Shown here one piece after another: positions 6,771 to 13,169 of a stretch of 28,980 bases of DNA (position 1 is the stretch's first letter; every line of letters starts with the position of its first letter). The notes under the pieces are model-generated. The model did not search any database and was not told the origin of the DNA. It saw nothing but the letters and a program-made list of their open reading frames with translations. The DNA comes from a virus. Lineage: Duplodnaviria; Heunggongvirae; Uroviricota; Caudoviricetes. Both the position numbers and the translations under genes were made by a program. The stretch is from the IMG/VR virus record IMGVR_UViG_3300042006_000037. One strand, given 5' to 3'.

Positions 6771-7127
6771 ATGAACGACAAAAATGCTGTAGCATTGTTG
6801 AAAACTGACACCATTGCCAAGTTTGAACAACGTGTTGAAGAGTTGAATCAATACATCTTGACAAGTGGTGAAATCAGCAAATGGATTGTCGTGTGTGGTA
6901 ATGAGCACCCAATGCCTGTTAACTTTGATGCACCCAATCCTAAATGGCCTTGGGTCAAAGTGGAAAACGCTTCCAAGTGGGACAGCCAGCGAGTTGCACG
7001 CATCAAGGCTCAAAGTGTTGTAAATGGCAATAATCAAGTGGGATGGGCTGTGCTGGTAGCAGACCATGTTGAATGGGATATTGCCAACCTGCAAAAGCTC
7101 ATTGCCGACTTGAAAGCTGAAAAATAG
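6771..7127 (+). CDS. hypothetical protein (118 aa)
   Basis: AAAGGT RBS; behind promoter. Confidence 0.8.
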   Translation: MNDKNAVALLKTDTIAKFEQRVEELNQYILTSGEISKWIVVCGNEHPMPVNFDAPNPKWPWVKVENASKWDSQRVARIKAQSVVNGNNQVGWAVLVADHVEWDIANLQKLIADLKAEK

Positions 7128-7130
7128 TTG

Positions 7131-7159
7131 TTGCACTGGGGTTGTGAAGTCGATATAAT
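7131..7159 (+). promoter_or_regulatory. promoter TTGCAC-17-TATAAT
   Basis: Direct motif match with AAAATAGTTG upstream. Confidence 0.75.
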
Positions 7160-7193
7160 GGCTTCACACCCATACAACATAAGGTTCTCTAAA

Positions 7194-7424
7194 ATGAACA
7201 CTCAAAATACTCCAGTTAACCAGAACCACGAATTGATTGCAGCGGCTGTTACCAAGGTCATATCCGAGGCAGATGAGTTTGGTTATGATTGCACCTTGAA
7301 CGCCTTTCACCTGCAATTGATGCTGGACTGCTATGTTAACGGTATGGAACCTGTGTTGCTGGTTCGTGAAATGCAAGCCGGTGCAGATACAAACCGCGCC
7401 TTCTGGATGGTGATAAATCGTTAA
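7194..7424 (+). CDS. hypothetical protein (76 aa)
   Basis: AAGG RBS; ATG 7194. Confidence 0.7.
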   Translation: MNTQNTPVNQNHELIAAAVTKVISEADEFGYDCTLNAFHLQLMLDCYVNGMEPVLLVREMQAGADTNRAFWMVINR

Positions 7425-7432
7425 ATAAAAGC

Positions 7433-7468
7433 TTGTACAGAGAGCATTCTCTAAGGTAGAATGCTCTC
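7433..7468 (+). promoter_or_regulatory. promoter TTGTAC-18-TAGAAT overlapped by perfect 11-bp inverted repeat
   Basis: GAGAGCATTCT(7440-7450)/AGAATGCTCTC(7458-7468). Confidence 0.65.
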
Positions 7469-7511
7469 ACACGGTCAAAAGACCTACCCCATTAGATAGA
7501 GGTTTTCTAAA

Positions 7512-7703
7512 ATGGCTAAGCGCAAGATTCAAACGTTCGCAAATAACAGCAAAGTGGCTAATGTTTATCGGAATGTTGAGTTTGATGAATATGAAGTGCG
7601 GTTTTCTGTCAACGGTGAAGACCTTGATTCAGATGCTGACTATTTCACCAATGACAAACAGGATGCGATTGATACGGCTGTCAATTGGGTGAATGAAGAA
7701 TAA
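7512..7703 (+). CDS. hypothetical protein (63 aa)
   Basis: GAGGT RBS. Confidence 0.75.
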   Translation: MAKRKIQTFANNSKVANVYRNVEFDEYEVRFSVNGEDLDSDADYFTNDKQDAIDTAVNWVNEE

Positions 7704-7718
7704 TCGTTAAATAAAAGC

Positions 7719-7746
7719 TTGCACCCTTCTCTAAACCGTGTACAAT
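7719..7746 (+). promoter_or_regulatory. early promoter cassette TTGCAC-16-TACAAT with TTCTCTAA box
   Basis: Direct motif match. Confidence 0.8.
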
Positions 7747-7784
7747 GACTGTAACGAAACGAAATCAACCCTGAGGATACGACC

Positions 7785-8054
7785 ATGGCTTTCATCAAAT
7801 CTGAGATTCAAGTCAAAGACATGCAGAAAGGTGATGTTTTTCGCGTGGTCGAATCTAATGGTAACCTCAAAGGCACTTTCGAGTATGAGGTTGTTAGCCT
7901 TAAAACCGAATCCGTCACATTGCAAGTGGGTGATAGCGGCACCGTTCGCCAAGTGGATCAATGCACCCTCAAGGTTGTTAATCGCAAGAATGGTGCCAAC
8001 AAAACCAAGAAATACAATTCTAACCAAATGCTGACAGTATGGCGTCAAGCTTAA
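7785..8054 (+). CDS. hypothetical beta-rich protein (89 aa)
   Basis: GAGGA RBS. Confidence 0.75.
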   Translation: MAFIKSEIQVKDMQKGDVFRVVESNGNLKGTFEYEVVSLKTESVTLQVGDSGTVRQVDQCTLKVVNRKNGANKTKKYNSNQMLTVWRQA

Positions 8055-8091
8055 AAACAGCTTGTACACATCATAAAGAGAGGAAATTATC

Positions 8092-8367
8092 ATGGCTGGT
8101 ATTCAATCGCATTACGAAATCAACGTAAGTCATAAAGGTCGTCACTTGTTTGCTACCGATACCCGGTCAGCTGTTGATGAAAACACAGCTAGAATGTTGG
8201 TTAATATTATCATAGAACGGTTCCCTGCAAAGGAAGGGTTTGAGGTGTCTTGTACCCACTGGCGTTGTGGTGGTACTAGTGTAACCTTTGACGTTCCAAA
8301 ACCAGTGATTAAAACACTTGAAGAACTGGAACGTGAAAACCCTGATGGGTTCCGTAATCCTGAGTGA
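8092..8367 (+). CDS. hypothetical protein (91 aa)
   Basis: GAGGA RBS. Confidence 0.75.
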   Translation: MAGIQSHYEINVSHKGRHLFATDTRSAVDENTARMLVNIIIERFPAKEGFEVSCTHWRCGGTSVTFDVPKPVIKTLEELERENPDGFRNPE

Positions 8368-8390
8368 TAACCTAAACTCAAATACTAAAA

Positions 8391-8406
8391 TGTTCCACGT
8401 GAAACA
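8391..8406 (+). promoter_or_regulatory. parS-like centromere site 2 (perfect consensus)
   Basis: TGTTCCACGTGAAACA, 16/16 to TGTTNCACGTGAAACA; intergenic. Confidence 0.85.
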
Positions 8407-8420
8407 AAGGACTAACTAAG

Positions 8421-8681
8421 ATGGCAACTGTAATTAAACATACTGTACTCAGCAGCAAACTGGCATTAACCGAAATGACCGATGGCTTCTGGTTATATGA
8501 TGAAACCCGTGGCATGAATCTAGCAATGCGTGCCAAGACAGCAGAAGTTGCTTTTGTAGAAGCACTGACCTATTATCAAGACCGATTGACATTGGTAGAA
8601 AGTGAACACAAGGAATTGAAGCAAAAGGTTGACGCATTCGTTTCTCAGTTTGTAGATGAGAATGATAGTCAAGGGTATTGA
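8421..8681 (+). CDS. hypothetical protein with C-terminal coiled coil (86 aa)
   Basis: AAAGGA RBS. Confidence 0.75.
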   Translation: MATVIKHTVLSSKLALTEMTDGFWLYDETRGMNLAMRAKTAEVAFVEALTYYQDRLTLVESEHKELKQKVDAFVSQFVDENDSQGY

Positions 8682-8707
8682 CACAAACCGATTGTTAGTA
8701 GTACAAT
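8678..8707 (+). promoter_or_regulatory. promoter-like TTGACA-18-TACAAT pointing into the non-coding region
   Basis: Motif match; spacer is 1 nt longer than optimal. Confidence 0.5.
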
Positions 8708-9178
8708 GCTCTAGATTCTGTGGTAGTAACCACAGCGAGCAACCGAAGCTAGTAGAGGAAAGGGAGGGGAAAACCTCCCCTCTTAAAGAATATAATATTA
8801 TGTTGTATACAACATAGAAGTAATACTCTATATAACCTATTGTTATGTTTCACATAACAGGCGTACACATCAGATATAGAAACAGGGTAGTCACCCCTGT
8901 TCTCTTCCCTTGTATGCGGTAGCATGCCCTCTGTAACCTCCTACAATACCCCTCATTGCAACGCAATAAACATTCCCTACCATGGGCATAGCCCATCATA
9001 TACCACTTCTCCTAAAGCCTTATAGCTCATGGCTTACAAGCCATGTATATAACAGATCATGTCGTATAACGACATAAATATAACCTATTCACAGATAAGG
9101 CTATTCGGGGATAAGCTGAACATTGGGACAATGGGTTGGTCAATTGGTTAAGCCTCACTCTCTCGAAATACATTTACA

Positions 9179-9194
9179 CGTTTCACGTGGAACA
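9179..9194 (-). promoter_or_regulatory. parS-like centromere site 3
   Basis: Minus strand reads TGTTCCACGTGAAACG, 15/16 to consensus; intergenic. Confidence 0.75.
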
Positions 9195-9273
9195 TATTCC
9201 AATTCTTTTATTCATAAAAGATAATGATATCCATTCACATTCAGGTCATTCTGACGAAAGGTAGTGAAATAGT

Positions 9274-9302
9274 TTGCCTTCTTGCCCGAATGGGCGTATG
9301 CT
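9274..9302 (+). promoter_or_regulatory. orphan promoter-like TTGCCT-17-TATGCT
   Basis: Motif match; no ORF downstream. Confidence 0.45.
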
Positions 9303-9521
9303 GTATGACATGGGTGATGAGTCTGTGCAACGCAGACATATAGAGTCAGTCACCTAATCCAAGCCAATCGATAGACCCAGCCTTTCCGGTGCATACCAAG
9401 GGAGGACATAGTGCATTGCGTGTAATCAGTATTATGTTAAACACGATTGAATGAGAATCATTTACATACCATGTGCATAGACTGAGTGATATGTCAATCA
9501 TCATATGAGGATGGATCAACA

Positions 9522-9538
9522 AGCATAGATCATGCCAA
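9522..9538 (-). promoter_or_regulatory. sigma54-type -24/-12 box TTGGCATG-ATCT-ATGCT
   Basis: GG-N10-GC spacing on minus strand. Confidence 0.4.
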
Positions 9539-9710
9539 GTCGTAGGGATTTTGAGAATGTTTAGACGGGCGGTAGGTGCCTGAAGTCCGGGGCGTTAAAC
9601 CCATTTACGCAATATCAGGGATTCCAAGGTATACGGATTCTGGAAGGAAGTGTATTCGGAGAAGTGTAAAATAGGGTAATTGAAAATACAGGGGAATGGA
9701 ATTTTGGGTA

Positions 9711-9734
9711 AAATAAAACCCGCTCAATGGCGGG
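9711..9734 (-). terminator. Rho-independent terminator of minus-strand operon
   Basis: CCCGC-CATTGA-GCGGG then TTTTATTTT directly after the TAG of the last gene. Confidence 0.75.
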
Positions 9735-10436
9735 CTATGGGAAGCGAGCAAGTAACGCTGCTGCAACTCGGGGATCAGATTGTTTACCAGCTAGTTCAAT
9801 TGCAGCTTCGCGTTTAGAATTATACCAAGCTAGATATGCATCTTCTGGTGTATCATACATACCGAGATGTTTTTTAACACCACCAACTCCAGAGCTAATA
9901 CCTGCGATATACTGTTTACCGTTACATGATAGAGATACACCGATTGGTAGATTTCCTCGACTTGCTTTTCTTTCAGTTAAGAAACAGTTAACAGCATGTG
10001 ATATAAACAAGCATGTATCCGGACCGTATACTTTGTTACCTTCTACAAGAAGGTCTTTGTCAAGCTCTTTACCTTCCCAATCCTGAGTTAACATCCATGA
10101 TCGAAACCCCATGAACGAGTGCCACTCATCAACGACTGAGCAATCTTCATATGTCGGATACTTTTCTTTAAGTCTGGTTGAATAACCACGTTCAATCATA
10201 CTTATCCATTTTTGGTAGATTGGGCAAACAAGTTGTTTTCCCCCGACAATAGGTGCTACCGGATAATTAGCATCATTGATACCTACACCACGTATGAGTT
10301 TCAAAGCAGGTTTAGGTTTAGGGTTTTTAAAACACCACAACTTATTACCGCAAGATTTTGTGCATACCATTGCATCCTTCCTTGAGGGTATGAAATCATT
10401 GTTACAGAATTTACATTTACGATACGTTGTTTTCAT
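9735..10436 (-). CDS. HNH-like homing endonuclease with N-terminal Zn finger and C-terminal AP2-like domain
   Basis: GVGIND...W.SM..R.Y...EW..F..F..WM...LDKD....K.YGP..C.F; AP2-like GVS...Y.A...LG.Y...A..A. Confidence 0.7.
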   Translation of the reverse strand: MKTTYRKCKFCNNDFIPSRKDAMVCTKSCGNKLWCFKNPKPKPALKLIRGVGINDANYPVAPIVGGKQLVCPIYQKWISMIERGYSTRLKEKYPTYEDCSVVDEWHSFMGFRSWMLTQDWEGKELDKDLLVEGNKVYGPDTCLFISHAVNCFLTERKASRGNLPIGVSLSCNGKQYIAGISSGVGGVKKHLGMYDTPEDAYLAWYNSKREAAIELAGKQSDPRVAAALLARFP

Positions 10437-10444
10437 TTAACGAT

Positions 10445-10654
10445 TCACACTCTAATCAAAATGGCATTGTTCCAAACAGTTGGATACCGAGCATATGGAC
10501 GTTTATCAACCACGGCATGTACGCGAATACCATCTGGTGTATAACCGTCCATAACGACTGTGAAGAACAAATCACCAGTGTATAAATCCCTTATAGGCCA
10601 AGGCTCCATTTCTTCAAGAACAACTTTACCCAAATACCCTAGATCAATATTCAT
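10445..10654 (-). CDS. hypothetical protein (69 aa)
   Basis: GGAG RBS; operon context. Confidence 0.7.
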   Translation of the reverse strand: MNIDLGYLGKVVLEEMEPWPIRDLYTGDLFFTVVMDGYTPDGIRVHAVVDKRPYARYPTVWNNAILIRV

Positions 10655-10746
10655 TCGTAGTCACTCCTTTCTTCAAGTTCACGTTGTCTACTTTGTTGGT
10701 CACGACACTTACCACACCAGTCACAATCGCATGGTTCACTCATCAT
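10651..10746 (-). CDS. 31-aa Cys-rich microprotein (CxCxxCxxC), missed by ORF track
   Basis: MMSEPCDCDWCGKCRDQQSRQRELEERSDYE; GGAG RBS; ATGA overlap. Confidence 0.6.
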   Translation of the reverse strand: MMSEPCDCDWCGKCRDQQSRQRELEERSDYE

Positions 10747-10996
10747 TATTCTCCTCTGGTTGCTCTACTGTTGGATATGGTTGCCAGTGGGTTACCAAGT
10801 ACAATGCATCATATCTGTTACCCGTCTTTGCCCATTCTGACCAACCTAGTTCATCAACGGCTGTCAACTTGGCTGCAAACACTTGCCTTAGTGGACGACG
10901 TTGTTTGTCATACCAATCTCCAATACTGTAATCTTGAACAACGAGTGCCCAACTATCTATCGGTGGTAGTTGGTCTTCAACTGCAATCCATGTCAT
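10736..10996 (-). CDS. DUF551-like phage protein
   Basis: WI.VEDQLP N-terminus and VTHWQPYP C-terminus. Confidence 0.75.
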   Translation of the reverse strand: MTWIAVEDQLPPIDSWALVVQDYSIGDWYDKQRRPLRQVFAAKLTAVDELGWSEWAKTGNRYDALYLVTHWQPYPTVEQPEENNDE

Positions 10997-10998
10997 TT

Positions 10999-11271
10999 TT
11001 AATCTTCCCACAACCATTCGTTATCTTTAACCATTTCTTGACACGTATCGAAGATTAGACGATCAACAGTGATTCCTTTGTAATTAGCTATGAATTGCAG
11101 TTCATCATATAGACCTTTATCAAACTCAAGTTTAACAACAGGTGCTTTGTTTGTCTTTCTCCATTCGATATTTCTACACTTGGCGTTGCAGGTTTTAGTG
11201 TGTGACCTACGACCGATCAACTCTTTAAAACAGGCAGTGCATACCTTTTTATCAATACTCATATTACTCAT
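10999..11271 (-). CDS. Zn-finger plus ribbon-helix-helix-like putative transcription regulator
   Basis: CxxC-x12-CxxxC then KLEFDKGLYDELQFIANYKGITVDRLI. Confidence 0.55.
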   Translation of the reverse strand: MSNMSIDKKVCTACFKELIGRRSHTKTCNAKCRNIEWRKTNKAPVVKLEFDKGLYDELQFIANYKGITVDRLIFDTCQEMVKDNEWLWED

Positions 11272-11272
11272 G

Positions 11273-11578
11273 TTACTCTCCAGTTAGAAATTGCTCAATT
11301 GCTGAGCGTAGTGATACTGCGTAATCCTCACCCATATTAGGCATTACTTTACAAACACAGAGTAGTAAGTCTTTAGCCTTTTGTAGTTGAAAATCTACGT
11401 CACTTGTCTGATTTAATCCATTACGTATTACCTTTTGCATATCGTTTTCGGTATACAAAAGTGGTTCATCTGGTGGGTCGATAATATATGTTGCCTGAGC
11501 TAATGAGTCACCATCGTGCTCGTAATTTGGATATTCATACTCGTTACGTTTACGAACCCAACCCTTTTCAACGTTCAT
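11273..11578 (-). CDS. hypothetical protein (101 aa)
   Basis: ATGA overlap; GGAG RBS. Confidence 0.7.
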   Translation of the reverse strand: MNVEKGWVRKRNEYEYPNYEHDGDSLAQATYIIDPPDEPLLYTENDMQKVIRNGLNQTSDVDFQLQKAKDLLLCVCKVMPNMGEDYAVSLRSAIEQFLTGE

Positions 11579-12063
11579 TTAAGTTCTCCCAAATCAGCTT
11601 TCCATAATTGGTTTGCTTGTTCTTTAACAGCCAGTTGTGGTCGTCTGCGTCCACACCATGCTTTAATTGCCCGTAAGTCTTTGCGTTGTTCGCGCTCATC
11701 CCACTTCAGTCTTGCCCATGAGGTTTCTGTTTTCAACTCTAGAATGTCTACTAACGTGAATCGAGTGCTTGTCAGCAACCAGTGTTCTTTTGTTATGTGT
11801 GAATCATATACATCATATGGTACTCGTGCTTTCACCATACGTCGTGTCCGGTAAACATAAACTTTACCTGTTTCTCCTGACCTAGCACTTGATCCAACGT
11901 CGATTGCCGACATGCAATGAGCGGCTGTTGGTGCTACACAGATACGCTTAGTTTTTGGCTCATCTTCTGACATGCCCCAAGGTGTACGGGGATGTAATGT
12001 CATTGTCTCACCCATATCTTTTTCGGTAATGAAGTACCAATACCTTGGGTCATGCCATTTCAT
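11575..12063 (-). CDS. hypothetical protein, possible ADP-ribosyltransferase-like fold
   Basis: L.PR.P....E.....RICVAPT...C..AI...YVY....VYDSHITKEHW pattern. Confidence 0.6.
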   Translation of the reverse strand: MKWHDPRYWYFITEKDMGETMTLHPRTPWGMSEDEPKTKRICVAPTAAHCMSAIDVGSSARSGETGKVYVYRTRRMVKARVPYDVYDSHITKEHWLLTSTRFTLVDILELKTETSWARLKWDEREQRKDLRAIKAWCGRRRPQLAVKEQANQLWKADLGELK

Positions 12064-12079
12064 TAGTTTTCCTTACAAG

Positions 12080-12301
12080 TTAAAACCACTGTGTGTCTTC
12101 ATGGACAACAAAGTCGTTATATTCAGGGTGATAGTCATTGATATACTTACGTAGTTCATCTTCGTCTTCCATGATCGGAACACTAAAGCTAGACATGTAA
12201 GCGTCCAGTCGATTGTGGTAGATTTCAACAGTCGATTCAGAGTTGGAGCAGCAACCACAACCCTCTTCATACCAGTAATATTCATATTTAATTACATACA
12301 T
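12080..12301 (-). CDS. hypothetical acidic protein (73 aa)
   Basis: GAGGA RBS. Confidence 0.7.
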   Translation of the reverse strand: MYVIKYEYYWYEEGCGCCSNSESTVEIYHNRLDAYMSSFSVPIMEDEDELRKYINDYHPEYNDFVVHEDTQWF

Positions 12302-12304
12302 TGT

Positions 12305-12472
12305 TCAATCCTCATCATTGTACAACTTTACCTTATCGTCTCCACCACCATACGTCATACCCGTCACACCATACCACTCAAGTGTATCAGGGCAGAATGT
12401 CTGCACTTCTTGATCTTCACCACACATGACAGCCACGCTTTCAAGGTGATTAATTAGCTTACGAATATTCAT
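12305..12472 (-). CDS. 55-aa hypothetical protein, missed by ORF track
   Basis: MNIRKLINHLESVAVMCGEDQEV...; GGAG RBS; fills operon gap. Confidence 0.65.
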   Translation of the reverse strand: MNIRKLINHLESVAVMCGEDQEVQTFCPDTLEWYGVTGMTYGGGDDKVKLYNDED

Positions 12473-12689
12473 TGTCATCTCCATTAGTTAGTACCATTAC
12501 AGCCGTTCGATATTCATCATCAGTTAAATCATTGTCCATCCATCCTTGTTGGTAAAGGGTGATGTTTGTCAACGCCTCATCAACTTGGATGAACAAATCA
12601 GGGTGTTTTCTCAGCAACCAGAACTTGCCATCTGGGTATTGCTCAAGCGTAAACCCATCATCAATCAACATCGCTTTGGTAACCATCAC
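12459..12689 (-). CDS. hypothetical protein (76 aa)
   Basis: GGAG RBS; overlap. Confidence 0.7.
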   Translation of the reverse strand: MMVTKAMLIDDGFTLEQYPDGKFWLLRKHPDLFIQVDEALTNITLYQQGWMDNDLTDDEYRTAVMVLTNGDDNEYS

Positions 12690-12958
12690 TTACTCCTGTA
12701 TGTACGCATCGGTGGTGCTGGTGGAACATCACCCATCATTAAGGCTGACTCGTGCGCTCGTTTATAATCAATCATGTCACTACAATGACTAACTGAGCAA
12801 CAGCATGTTGAGCACGAATAACGAAAGAAGTTCCAACAAGGCCATTTATACCCGTTCTCCCTTCGGAACTCTTGATCACAGAAGTCGCACGTCTTCCAGT
12901 TGAACAAAGCATAGTGTGTACTCACTTCGTGTTCATTTGTACGCTCTCTTTTAGCCAA
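12686..12958 (-). CDS. Cys-rich hypothetical protein (90 aa)
   Basis: CDFC and CSTCCCSVSHC motifs. Confidence 0.65.
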   Translation of the reverse strand: MAKRERTNEHEVSTHYALFNWKTCDFCDQEFRRENGYKWPCWNFFRYSCSTCCCSVSHCSDMIDYKRAHESALMMGDVPPAPPMRTYRSK

Positions 12959-13169
12959 TGTATTTCACCACTTTAGCCTTTGGTGTGTTTTTGATGATCG
13001 CACGTTGTTCACGCTCTTCAGCTTCCCTTTGTGCAATGTAAATCTCACACGTTTTGACATCGCAATAAGATGTAATCCATTCCCAACCAAAATACCATGT
13101 ACGTTTATAGATGCGGAACATGTGATCCGAGTCATTCTGGAAATGTTGAACAATCTTGTATCGTTTCAT
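12951..13169 (-). CDS. hypothetical protein (72 aa)
   Basis: ATGA overlap. Confidence 0.7.
   Translation of the reverse strand: MKRYKIVQHFQNDSDHMFRIYKRTWYFGWEWITSYCDVKTCEIYIAQREAEEREQRAIIKNTPKAKVVKYIG

Larger units (their letters stand above)
8682..9734. other. ~1-kb non-coding convergence region rich in short hairpins; candidate genome terminus/origin region
   Basis: No ORF of 60 aa or more on either strand until 9727; many short inverted repeats; flanked by converging gene blocks. Confidence 0.6.

Noticed and set aside
1009-7746. Repeated promoter cassettes as a possible CRISPR array
   Set aside because: Repeats are degenerate, irregularly spaced and separated by whole genes; no cas genes.
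8052-8090. AAAAACAGCTTGTACA promoter-like remnant
   Set aside because: Has the UP and -35-like part but no -10 at a suitable distance; probably a decayed cassette.
8682-9734. tRNA genes or a known structured RNA in the non-coding zone
   Set aside because: No cloverleaf, TTCGA T-loop or CCA pattern recognised; an Rfam search would be needed to exclude others.
9727-10086. 119-aa plus-strand ORF
   Set aside because: Antisense to the HNH gene and starts inside its terminator.
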